64,000 bases of DNA, from the NCBI RefSeq assembly GCF_018350175.1, contig NC_058383.1:38626001-38690000 (forward strand), given 5' to 3'. This DNA comes from Felis catus. Lineage: Eukaryota. The notes below the pieces were generated by a model, which searched no databases, was not told the origin of the DNA, and saw only the letters and a program-made list of their open reading frames with translations. Shown here piece by piece: positions 25,064-36,100 of this stretch. The position numbers and the translations under genes were made by a program. The first letter of the stretch is position 1. Every line of letters begins with the position of its first letter.

Positions 25064-25381
25064 CTAGGCCTGGGCGGCGCTCCTGAACACCTGAGCCACT
25101 GAGGTGCAGAAACTGTTAAAGGCGCTGCAGATGGCCTCCACCGCGTCGCAGAAGGCCTGAAAGCCGGCGGCCACCTTCTCCCTCAGCCACGCCAGTGCGG
25201 CCTGCCACTTGAGCTGCAGTTGGTACAGCAGCCTTCGGAACAACCTCAGGGCTCTGTCACAAAAGCTCTCCTCCGTCTTCTGGACCACGGGGTGCTCCTT
25301 CTCTTCCAGGTCGAGGACGGAGGACCTCAAGACTCTGGAACGTAGCTCCTGCCGCACTTCGGGAAGTAACGGACTGGATTC
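25064..25381 (-). CDS. IL32: IL32 last coding exon
   Basis: cgcag|ESSPLLPEVRQELRSR...EESFCDRALRLFRRLLYQLQLKWQAALAWLREKV...SAAQA*. Confidence 0.92.
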   Translation of the reverse strand, partial: ESSPLLPEVRQELRSRVLRSSVLDLEEKEHPVVQKTEESFCDRALRLFRRLLYQLQLKWQAALAWLREKVAAGFQAFCDAVEAICSAFNSFCTSVAQVFRSAAQA

Positions 25382-26741
25382 CTGCGAGGGTGGGGGTGCC
25401 GTTCGGGTCGGGGTCCCACCTGGAGGACGCGGCCCAGGTCCTGGCCCCGGCTGAGGCCTCCCCACCTGTGTGAGAGTCTGGGAGCCAGAAGCCCGGCTCT
25501 CCCGCCGACGGCTCCACACTCGAGAAGACTCCATCCAGGGGTTCGGCCCCTCCGTGCCTCCCCACCGGCAGGGAGCAGCGTGGTGCTCGCAGACGGGCGT
25601 CTGAGCCCGGCACCAGCCCCGCGCGGCCCCTCATACGCAGAGGCACCCCTCCACCCTCAGCTCGGCCCGGGGGGGGGGGGCGGCAGGGGGGGCACTGCAC
25701 ACACACGTGACCAAATCAAGACAGAACAGGGGGGGAAGGAAAAGCAAGCAGGGCTGCAATGGGCGTCTCACACTCACCTCGTCGTTGTTCTGATGATGGT
25801 GAAGGTCCACGGCTTCCAGCATGATCTCGTTGAAGCCATCCTGGGGAGAGGGGACGGTTCGGAGCTCCAGATCTGCTCCTGTCTGTGGCCTCCACGCGTC
25901 CAGGGGAGTGTCAAGGGAGCCAGGAGCCCGGACCCCATAACGATAACCTGGCTGTAGCCCTGGGGACCGAGCTTTGGTGGGGGCGGGGGGGGGGGACTCA
26001 CCTCCACCTCTCCCAGCCTGAGCCTCTGTTGCTGCGGGGGGGAGGAGGGGAGGAATCACTTGGTTTAAAATCCTCCCAGCCTCTCCCGCCCGCATTCTTC
26101 TCCCCCAAGTCCCCACCTGTTCTCTGCTCCCCAGGCCCCCATCACTGGGTCCAGCCCAGAGGCCTGGGGACCAGGTATCTGACATCCCTGCTCTGTCGTC
26201 AATATGCGCAGTGACTTGATCACCTTCCTAAGCCTCCCTGGGCCTCTGCATTTCTCCCCTGTGCCCTCACCTGCACACGGGTGTGAACTAGGAGAGTGTG
26301 CCAGGAGGTGCCCAGGTGTAAGGAGTGAGCCGACCCGAGGTAGCATCTCCATCACCCTCACCGTCATCGTGGTCATTGTGAAACCACCCACCCGACCCCA
26401 ACTGTAGAGCGCATGGGAGTGGGGGGCGCGGCGACCCACCGGTGCTCCTCGGGATTGGTGTTGGGTCCTGTCACAGAAGATGTCCACCAGCTGGTGCTGC
26501 GCAGAGAGGAGAGGCGGAAGTGAGAGAGGCCTCATCGTTCCCCCTCCGGGGGCCCTGGGTGGCCCAGAACGTTCTCAGCTCCACACAGCAGGACCCAGGT
26601 CCCCCTCTCTCCCCCAGACACACACTGGGAAGAGCTGCTTACCATTTGGTGCCTCATAAACTCAATAGGATTTCTGCCCACCTGTGGGGGTGACAGTGAT
26701 ACTCAGACACGTGTGACCCTGCCACCCCCCACACTTGCTGT

Positions 26742-26775
<34 letters not shown>

Positions 26776-28217
26776 CCTCACCACGCATGTGCACACGCAT
26801 GGGTGAGCATTGCCCCAGAGTGCTCAGGATCCACTGTGTTACCAAATACCTGTCCCTCTCCGTCCCGGCTGACGGGCTGGCCAAGGGACGGGCTCTCGAA
26901 GGCGGTGACAGGTACGCAGCTCTTGACAGCTGGCTCTGCAGACCCACCTCCCCTGCCCGGACCCTCGGCTTGCCCCACAGAAGCGCAGGGCAGCCCGGAC
27001 ACGGCACCACGGGTCTCCACCAAACCTGGTCCCGGCTCCCTGGTCACTGGGCAGTCCCTGCCACACGCAGAACGTCCACGGCTCTGGGCAAATATCTGTT
27101 GTGAGGCACCCGTCTCCACGCTTCTTGAGTCCCTGACGGCACCAGCCTGTCACCCCGATCGGGGGCGCTGGCCGCAGGGAACAATTTGCTCTCCGACTCG
27201 GGCTCCCAAACTGGGCGTGGCCACCGAGCCTGGGGTCATTCCAGAGTCCACTGTGACAAATCCCGCAGGGCCCTGGAGCCTGTGGCCAACCTCACAACGG
27301 GGGTGGGGGAGGTGACGGACACCCCAAAAGGGAGGAACAGACACCAAGGTCCTGGGCGGCAGGCCCAGGCAGGGAGGAATTTTTTTTTTTTAATTTTTTT
27401 TTCAACGTTTTTATTTATTTTTGGGACAGAGAGAGACAGAGCATGAACGGGGGAGGGGCAGAGAGAGAGGGAGACACAGAATCGGAAACAGGCTCCAGGC
27501 TCCGAGCCATCAGCCCAGAGCCTGACGCGGGGCTCGAACCCACGGACCGCGAGATCGTGACCTGGCTGAAGTCGGACGCTTAACCGACTGCGCCACCCAG
27601 GAGCCCCATGGAATTTTTAAACTTGGCAGGAAAGCACGACCTCCCCGCCCCCAGGTTTCCAGGGTATCGGGACCGGGTCTACCCGGGATCGGCGCCTCTG
27701 GCCCTATAGACCCTCCATGCCCCAGCTGCGCCACCAACGCATCGGGTCCAGCTCCCGGAGTCACCCCCTTGTCCTCATACACAGCGTTCCTCAGTATCCT
27801 TAGCAGACACACACGCAGACCCTCTCCCCGTAGTTTGCCCCCAGACCGGAAATCTGGCCCCACAATCGGGACCCACTGTATAAAGTGAATGACTCACAAC
27901 AAAATGAAACGGTGAGGCTGTCTGTCAATAATTATTCAGAATTTCAGGCAGTGAGAGAGCATTCAACAAAGTAAGCCGGGGGTGGTTATGAGCCTGGGGC
28001 CCTGTTGAGTGCACGGGTCACATGCCTCTGACGCCCTGCTTCCCCAGTGGACTCCCCCATTGGCCTAGGAGAATGGGACAGAGCCAGGTGCACGTGGAGA
28101 GATCAGGGGGTCTGGGGGCCAGCGCGAGTGGGAGAGGGGGACGCACAGCGGGGAAGTGGAATCTGGCCCCCCCCCCCCGCCCCTCCAATTGCTCTCACTC
28201 ACCTTGGAGGACCACAT
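25064..28217 (-). CDS. IL32: Interleukin-32 orthologue, whole-gene CDS span, 173 aa
   Basis: complement(join(25064..25381,25778..25840,26002..26031,26440..26496,26643..26681,28203..28217)); all phase-0 GT-AG introns; exon sizes 15/39/57/30/63/318 parallel human IL32; motif ESFCDRALRLF...LAWLREKV...FNSFC; lies between MMP25 and ZSCAN10 as in human. Confidence 0.9.
25778..25840 (-). CDS. IL32: IL32 coding exon 5
   Basis: cccag|DGFNEIMLEAVDLHHHQNNDE|gtgagt (human equivalent recalled as DDFKEGYLETVAAYY). Confidence 0.88.
26002..26031 (-). CDS. IL32: IL32 coding exon 4 (micro-exon)
   Basis: ccgcag|QQRLRLGEVE|gtgagt; a second in-frame AG lies 6 nt downstream. Confidence 0.75.
26440..26496 (-). 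CDS. IL32: IL32 coding exon 3
   Basis: cgcag|HQLVDIFCDRTQHQSRGAP|gtgggt (human equivalent recalled as HQAIERFYDK). Confidence 0.85.
26643..26681 (-). CDS. IL32: IL32 coding exon 2
   Basis: ccacag|VGRNPIEFMRHQM|gtaag; 13 codons, as in human VLSDDMKKLKARM. Confidence 0.85.
26742..26769. repeat. (CA)n microsatellite in an IL32 intron
   Basis: Perfect AC dinucleotide run. Confidence 0.95.
27380..27607 (-). mobile_element. Can-SINE (young SINEC_Fc-like) in an IL32 intron
   Basis: Near-consensus reverse-complement SINE flanked by GGAATTTTT. Confidence 0.93.
28203..28217 (-). CDS. IL32: IL32 first coding exon (MWSSK)
   Basis: gccATC ATG TGG TCC TCC AAG|gtgagt; exon acceptor at 28245/28246; equivalent to human MCFPK. 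Confidence 0.85.
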
Positions 28218-28493
28218 GATGGCTCAGGGCTCTGGGGGCTGTGGCCTGGCTGGGTTGGGGGGGGGGGGGAGGAACAGGTGTGAGTTAGAGGGTTCAGGGA
28301 AGCGGCTTCCCCGCCAGCCCACCCCCCACTGGAAGTCGCTTTGGCTGCAGCCTCCTCCCCAGCCTGCCAGGTCACCTCACAGATTCTCCCAGCCTATGCT
28401 TCTGCTCCAGAGAGAGCCTCTGATTTAAGAGGGAGGAGGGAGGAGGGAGAGGCTGGGGGTGGGTGGAGCCTGGCTTGGAGGCAGGATGTGAGG

Positions 28494-28494
<1 letters not shown>

Positions 28495-28532
<38 letters not shown>

Positions 28533-28538
28533 TGTGTA
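28495..28538. repeat. (TG)n microsatellite 5' of the IL32 start codon
   Basis: TG run with one interruption. Confidence 0.93.
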
Positions 28539-28679
28539 CGCACGTGTGTGGCACACGGAGACAGAAGCAAGGACAGGGAGACCGCCTGGGAGGGGGTGGG
28601 CAGGGCCTCTGGCTGTGCCCCCTCCACTCTCTGAGCTGGGGTGGGGAACTTCAGAGCCCAGGAACAAGCCTCTTTCTCA

Positions 28680-28800
28680 ATCTTACCGGCCCGAGACAGG
28701 GAAAGACAGAGGGAAAGTCCAGACTGGTGAGAGGAGATCGGGGCACTCCCAGGTTCTGGAAAATGAAGTCATCCTGTTGAGGGTCAAGTAAGGTACTGGG
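28680..28800 (-). promoter_or_regulatory. Candidate IL32 promoter and non-coding exon 1
   Basis: Minus-strand donor CCG|GTAAGA at ~28686; kB-like GGGAAAGTCC (28711-28720) and GGGCACTCCC (28741-28750); TGGAAAATGAAGTCA (NFAT plus AP-1/CRE-like) at 28757-28771. Confidence 0.45.
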
Positions 28801-29189
28801 GAATGCTGACTAGGTCACTTGGAACGGAGCATACCCCAGCTCCAAAGTCCAGAGAATGTTCCAAGCACCTCCAGGCCCAAGGCAGAGCAGGGCTGGCAAG
28901 ATCCCTAAGGTGGGCCCACCGGGAGGGGTGGGGAGGGGAGCTGAGCAGACTGCCCCACGGGCCCCTGCAGGGGAGGCTGGAGGTGATGCCTGTCTGCCAC
29001 GGGACAGGGTGAAGCCCTCAGGAGGAGCTGAGGGCCTAGGGTCAGCTGGCCAGACTATCCTGAGGGACTGTCCTCCTGGGGCCGAGGGGCACCATGTCCC
29101 GGCCGGCCCTGTGCAGTTCTGGGGTCGCCCCCAGTCCGGCTCGCCCTACTCTGGCCCAGAGTCCCCCCGCTTCACCACAGCCGTGTCTA

Positions 29190-29510
29190 CCCTCTACACT
29201 GGGGCTGCCCGGTGCCTGGGGCCGCGAAACCGATCAAGGCCTCGGCAGGGTGGGCAGGGTGGCGGCCTCGAGGGCCGAGGGGGCAGGGTCTGTTCCAGCC
29301 TCTCTCCCAGGCCTGTGGACGGCCTCTTCGTGCCCATGTCATTCTCCTGGTGTGCGCGTCTGTCCGCTAACTTCCCATTTTTATAGGGACACCAGCCTTA
29401 CCGGATGAGGGCCCATCCAGTGACCTCTCATTACCTTGAGTCCCTCTACAAAGATCCTATCTCCAAATAAGGTCACCGTCTGAGGTCCTGGGGATTAGGG
29501 CTTGAACACG
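29190..29510 (-). mobile_element. MaLR (MLT1-like) LTR fragment
   Basis: CCTATCTCCAAATAAGGTCAC...TCTGAGGTCCTGGGGATTAGG is characteristic of MLT1. Confidence 0.7.
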
Positions 29511-29859
29511 AGGACCTGGGCTCCCGAGGGGAGCAAGCCTCACTCGCATTGGCGCAAGCCTCCTTGGCGCAAGCCTCACTCGCATTGACTAGACCCCAGC
29601 AGGCGTCTCCTGGCCCCTTAGGAGCCCGTCAACGGTCTGAAACGCCCCGTGCACACCTCGGAGTCCGGATCCTTCCCTGAGCCATCTTTAAATTCCAGGT
29701 GGGGAGAGAAAAGGTGGCGGCTGCAGGTAACAGTCCTGGGCTTCTTTCTCGGGAAGCACGGCCCCCTGACGCCACGAGACGCTTGGCCCCTCCGTGACGG
29801 TCTCGCAGATCACCGTCAGCAAGCATTTTGCGTCTCGGCAGGCTGCACCATTTTCTATA

Positions 29860-30850
29860 CGGCTTTGGCGAGAAACAACTCACACGCGACTCCCCCACTG
29901 AAGCGTATAATTCCACGCACAGAACCGTGCACCCGTCACAGCCAATTTCAGAACATTTTCGTCGCCTCAGAAAGGCGAGCCAGCACCACCCCCCCCATCC
30001 CAAAGCCCCGCCCAGACAGCCACGCACCTGCTGTCTCTGGAGTTCCGTGGTCTGGATGTTTCACATACACGGAATCACACAGAGATGGTCACGCTGTGTG
30101 ACCTTTTGTGGCCGCCTTTTGCACTTAGCACGGGGCTTTCAATTCCTCGGGTTGTAGCACGAACCCGCGCTTCAGTCCTTTCGAGGGCTAAAGAACGCTC
30201 TGCTGTATGAACGTGCCACTTCCCGTATCCACGCGTCTGTCCGTGGACACTCGGGTTGTTCCACCTTTTAGCTCTCACGAATCATGCTGCTGTGGATGCC
30301 CATGTACAAGTTTCTGTGCGGATGTCTGGTTTTAGGTCTCTTGGATTCACACCTAGGAGGGGAATTGTTGGCTCCTATGGTAACTGACTAGGTCTTCCAC
30401 TTTTTGAGGAACCACCAGACAATTTTCCAAAGTTACTGCGCCCTTTTCTATCCCCAGAAGCAGCGCGTGATGGTCCGTTTCTCCACATCCTCGCCCACAC
30501 CGACTATGATGTTTTTGATTCTAGCCGCCCTGGTGGGTGTGAAATAGTATCCCCGTGTGGTTTTGATTTTCATTCCCCTTATGACTAGTGACGTCGAGCA
30601 TCTTTTCGTGGGCTGGTCGGCCACTTGTACGTTGTCCTTGGAGGGATGTGCATTCTGATCCTTTGCCCGTTTTTAAATTGGGTCATTTACCTTCTGCTTA
30701 TTAAGTTGTCAGAGTATTTTATATATTCTGGATACGAGCCTCTCATCAGATATGTCCTTTGCAAATATTTTCTCCCGTTTTGTGGGTGGTCTTTTCATTT
30801 TTTTAATGGTGTCCTTTGAAGCACAAATATTTTACATTTTGATTATGGGA
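29860..30850 (-). mobile_element. Old LINE-1 (L1M) 3' fragment
   Basis: Degenerate L1 3' end (GTGGTTTTGATTTTCATTCCCCTTATGACTAGTGACGTCGAGCATCTTTTC). Confidence 0.8.
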
Positions 30851-30909
30851 CCATTTTAACGAGAAAAGTGATCAATTTGACCTGGCATTTTTCTGTAGTA
30901 TACTTAAGA

Positions 30910-30953
<44 letters not shown>
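30910..30953. repeat. (TG)n microsatellite
   Basis: About 21 perfect TG units. Confidence 0.96.
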
Positions 30954-30955
<2 letters not shown>

Positions 30956-30963
30956 TTTTCCCC

Positions 30964-31184
30964 CCTAAGATTTACTTCTAAGTAATATCTACACTCATTG
31001 TGGGGCTGGAACTCACAACCCTGAGATCAAGACCCTCAGGCTCCACCAACGGAACCAGCCGGGTGCCGCAGACAAAGTGTTTTGTTTTAAAGTAGGCTCC
31101 GTGCCCAAGGTGGGGCTCAAACCCAAACCCACATCCCTGAGAACAAGAGTCACATGCCGTTCTGACTGAGCCAGCCAGGCACCC
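30964..31184 (-). mobile_element. Two short older Can-SINE fragments
   Basis: GGGGCTGGAACTCACAACCCTGAGATCAAG and GACTGAGCCAGCCAGGCACCC. Confidence 0.75.
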
Positions 31185-32878
31185 TTAAAATATTTTTAAA
31201 GGCTGGAGAAGAAGCCTCCGTGTAGCACTAAAAGAAGCCCCAGATTTCACATTGGATGGCCCTCCTCTGAGGTCCCCTAGCTGACTTTTGAGTTTCTCTC
31301 TGTTCCCTCCTCCCACTCATTCTCTTTCCGTCTGTCACCCCACTGCCTGTCAACTCTGAATCCCAAGTTCTTCTACAAGACAGAGCAATTCAGGTCTGTC
31401 AAGCTCCTGCCACCGAACTCACCCCGGATCCATCTGTGCTCAGGAGAAATGAAGGGCTTTCTCTCGGGTCACTTTCATTGTCCTCCTGTGTGGGGCTCAT
31501 AAGCTTTTAAAATGTAAGTTTCCTCCTCCATGTATTTTGAAAGGATCCGGACAGAGGCCCGGGTTTCGGGTTTTCTGGTGGCTTGGAATGCTCAGGTCAC
31601 AGGTTGGCTGAAGACACCTGGCTGTTGCCCTCCGACTGGTCAGCTTGTCCTGACCGAGGGCCCTGCACGCTGGGACAGCAGCCCGCAACCTCAGCCCCAG
31701 GCAGCACCGTGGGCGGGTGGCAACCCAGGAAGTGGCCCCTAAGCGGCTCCACCCAAAGGGGATAGATCCTACTCGAGCAAGGCCATCAACCTGATTCTGC
31801 AGAGAATGTGCTCAGGTTGGTCCCTGGGAGGGAGAACACTTCAGAGACACAGAAAAACCACAAGACAGAGATGACAGCTGTTGTCCCGGCCCCCTCGCCC
31901 ATCAGGGCTGCCCCCCCAAGCTTACTCGAGTACAGACGCCTGGCCCCAGCCCCCAAGTGATTCAGGGTGAGGGCATGGGATCCGCATTTTTAAGTTCCCT
32001 AGGTGATTCTGATGTGGAAGATTCCAGAAGTGCAGTTCCAGAGGCACTGATGTAGGTCCTGAATTCGGGGAGGAGTGGGAGGTGAATGAGGTGGCCCTCC
32101 CACTCATCACCCAGGGGTGCTGAGGAAGCAGTGACCCCTGGATGGAGAGGGAACTCAGTCCAGTGTCTTCACAGCACTGAGCCGCGGAGAACCCAAGAGT
32201 TCTCCCTGAGGGAAGCGGTGCACACTCCAGTGTGGAGGGACTGAGTGGATTTTTAGGGATTGGAGGATGTTCTGTTGAACCGGGACTGTTCTGGGTCCAA
32301 GATGGTGACCAGAAAGGAGGTCCACAGGGGCCTCGGTTGTGGAGGGTCGTCTGGGCGGCCAGTGATGTCACCCAGGACATGGGGCACTGATGTCACCCAG
32401 GATATGGGACACTCGTGCTCAGGGGTAACTTGAGGGTTGGATCTGGGGTCCCCATCCACGTGGCATTGCCTGGGACGTTGCAGAAGCAGGACAGTGGGAC
32501 TCTTCTGGGAAATTCGGAGCAGCAGGTGGAGAGAGGGGCTGGGGTTCAGTTGCCCCAATCAGTCCAGTCCTCTAAAGCCCCAAACAGCCAGGAGCCGCTA
32601 TGAGGAACCGCTGTTGCCAGGTGGGGCCAGGGCTATAGTCACAGGCTGCTGAGAAGCACCAGCTCTTCCGGGAAAAAGAGCTTCCTGTAGCGGCAGCGCG
32701 TGGCGCAGCCAGGACAACGGTGGGGGTGGGGCTGGGGCTGGGGGGGGGGAGGGTGAGAGGGAAGGTGCTAGAACGGCGAGGGTGAGCACATGGCCCGTCC
32801 AGTCTAAGGGCTAGCCATTTGTCCGCGTCCCCAGGGCGAAGCTCCACCCTCATGAGCCCCGCCCCGGGACCGTCCCCC

Positions 32879-33150
32879 TCAGCTGGAGGCGACGGCCCCC
32901 ACCAGCGGGGGTAGAAGGGACAGCAGGAAGGACAGCGACGGCCGCCCTGAGGCCTGATTGATCTCGCACTGACAGTTGCAGGCTCCGGGCTCCCGGGTGG
33001 CTTTGGGGGGCCTGGGGGCGCGTGGGTCGGCGCTGGGGGCCGGGCAGTCCAGCCACTTGGGGCCCATGGGTTGGGGGGAGTCGGACTCCGCCTTGACGCT
33101 GCCCTTGGGAAAGCGCCAGTAGTGGGCGCCCTTGAAGAAGTAGGTGTCAC
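32879..33150 (-). CDS. MMP25: MMP25 exon 10
   Basis: [13 protein letters not shown]...WLDC...CNCQCEINQ...[12 protein letters not shown]. Confidence 0.95.
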
Positions 33151-36100
33151 CTGCGGGGCAGGGAGGAGACACTTCGGGGGCCGGTCCAGGCTGCCCCTCC
33201 CGCCGCGCCGCGTCCCTCCTGAGGGCTCCCCGAAACCCCCAGGAGGGCCCCTCTCCCCGTCCCCGGGGCCCCCAGCCCCTCCCCGCGCCCTCTCCCACCT
33301 GCGTTGCTGACGGTGACATCGTCGGGGGCGGGAGGCGCCCCTTCCCAAAGACTCAGGTCGCGGGGGTAGCCGGGGTCCGGGCGCGCGGCCGCCTCGTCGT
33401 ACCGCCAGTAGCGCCCGCCCCGGATCAGGTAGGTCTTCCCGTTGAGCGGCCACGAGAACACGGCGTCCACCTGCTCTCCGGCCGGCAGCCCCAGCTCCGT
33501 GAGCGGCCGCGGGGCGCCCTCTAGCTGCCGCTCCTGGAACACCCAGAACTGGGGGCCTGGGGGGCGCGGGGGGCGGCAGGTGAGCAGGGGCGCCCCCCAC
33601 CCCGCTCCCGGCGCCACCCCGCCCGCGCCCCGGCGCCCGCTCACCGCTGAAGAGGAGGATGCCGCCGTCCCGGGGCCGGGCGTAGGCGGCCTGGATGACC
33701 TTCACCCCGGCGGGCAGCCCCTCCCAGAAGCGGTGGAGCCGGGCGGGCCGGGGCGACACCAGCTGTCCCGAGGGTTGAACGCGCCAGAACCAGGGGCCTG
33801 TGGGGGGGCGGGAGGGGTGGCCACGGGGGCCCGAGATGACCAGAGTCTTCTCCCTCCAGGGGGTGCCTGGGGGACTCGGGTCATGATCTCAGGGCTCGCG
33901 GGATCGAGGCGGGCTCTACGCTCTCACCGAGGCACCTGCTTCGGATTCTGTGTCTCCCCCTCTCTCTGCCCCTCCCCTGCTCGCTCCCTCGCTCTCTCAA
34001 AAATAAATAAACATAAAAAAAAAAAAGTCTTCTCGCTCAGAGTGGGTGCTGGGACTCCCTCTGGCGGCTGGGCGAGGAAGTCCATCGGGATTTCACGGGT
34101 GCAGGGGCTCTGGAGTGACCNNNNNNNNNNNNNNNNNNNNNNNNNNNNNNNNNNNNNNNNNNNNNNNNNNNNNNNNNNNNNNNNNNNNNNNNNNNNNNNN
34201 NNNNNNNNNNNNNNNNNNNNNNNNNNNNNNNNNNNNNNNNNNNNNNNNNNNNNNNNNNNNNNNNNNNNNNNNNNNAAGAAGAGAGGAGACAGAGAGAGGA
34301 TCCTAAGCAGGCTGGCTCCAGGCTCCCAACCAGGGGCACAGAGCCCCATGTGGGGCTTGAACTCACCAACCATGAGATCGTGGCCTGAGCCCAAACCGAG
34401 AATCAGACACTTCAACAGGCTGAGCCACCCAGGCACCCCCAGGGCTTTCCTTTTTTTTTTTTTTTTTTGTCAGCACTGATAGTCCCGAGTCCTGGGAAAC
34501 CCCACAGGACTGGTGGGTCATCCTAAGGGGGTAGGACGCCAACTACATGGCGTCAGGGGAGATCTAAGATGACTCACCTTTGAAGAAAAAGGTTTCACCA
34601 CGGATGTTAGCGATAGCATCAAAATTGCCTTCGCATCGGTCAGGGGTGGGGAGAGAGGGGCTACAATGGAAAGGAGAGGTGAGCAGAGAGGGGTCGGGGC
34701 TCCTAGTGTCTTCACTTACCCTTGAGAAGAGCCCCGGGAGGTAGGGACTCCTACCAAGCCCACCTCACCAAGAACCACGCCGAGGTAGGGAGGTCACCCC
34801 CCTCACTCACCTGTCTGGGGGCAGGGCAGGGGGTGGGGGAGGAGGAGCCAAGGGCTTCCTTGTGGGCTTATCGTAGGGGGTCTGGGGCACCTTCCCTGTG
34901 GAGAGAGAGCCGGAGAGGCGTGAGTCCCCCGACTCTGCTGATGAGGCCACAGGGCAAGCCACCGTCCCCGGTCCCCAGCCCCTGTACCATAGAGCTGCTG
35001 TAGGCCTTCCCGGTCGTCCTGGGACAGGCGGTACTTGTGGGGGTCGCCCACCGGGCCCTGGTAAAAGGGCCTCATGATTGAGTCGGGTGCCGAGGAGTGG
35101 CCCAGGCCCAAGGCGTGGCCAAACTCATGAACAGCCACAGCAAACAGGTCCGTCCCCTCACCATCTGGAGAAGGAGGGAGACTGGGCTCGAGCTCTACCC
35201 TTCCCCCACGCCAGAAAAGGCGGCGGCCAGGAAGCCCCCGGAGGGGGGCCTGCGGGCAGAGGGACAGCTGGACAGCGGGAGACCCTCCAGACACGGCCAC
35301 ACCCAGACCCCTCCCCGAGTCACCGTCCCTCCTGGGTGCGTTCACTTACTCGGGAGGTTTTTTTCTAGTAGCCTGGTCTGGCAGTTCTGGACACTTGGGG
35401 ACAGGACCGGAGACCCGCAGAACGGGTCAGGGAAGGGGCAGGAGGAGACGGCCTGGACAGAGGAAGGGGTGGCCTTCCTGCCGTAGTCCTGGCCCCCAGG
35501 AAAGGAAGCCCGTGCGCTCGGAAACACTCTGGGGAAAGCGGGAACCTGGGGGTGCACGCGGGTCTCCGGAGGAAGCCCCAGCCTTGGAGTCTCCCTCTTT
35601 CGGGCTGCCGTCTGGGGCCAGACGCCCCCACCCACAAGGAATGTCGCTCAGTCTCCTTGGCCCGGGGTTCCCAAGACGTTCGCCCCTCTCCCACGCTCAG
35701 GGTGCTCCACTCCCTCCTCCCATGCACGCCCCTCTAGTGCCCACACCCCCATCCACCTTTCCGGGAGCCTCCCCCCCTCCCCAGCTTCAGACGGCTCCTC
35801 AGGCAGGCTCTCTCGGCCCTGGCGGCCGGCCTCGTTCCCACCCTCTGTGACCGCAGCCTCGTCCTCGGGGACCCAGCCTGGGCGCCAGGAGGGAGCCTGT
35901 GTCCACTGCCAGCTGCTGGCCGAACCCCAGCTCCTCATCGACCCAGCGGCTGCCCGCCGGCTCCTCCTCCAGCCCCGAGAGGCCGAGGGAGCGAGACAGC
36001 AAGAGAGGCGAGCAGCTGCCCAGGTGTTGATGTGCCGCGTGGAAATCCCTAACCAGGGTCAGCAGTGTTGAAGGCGAAAGTGACCCGGTGAGTCGGAAAG

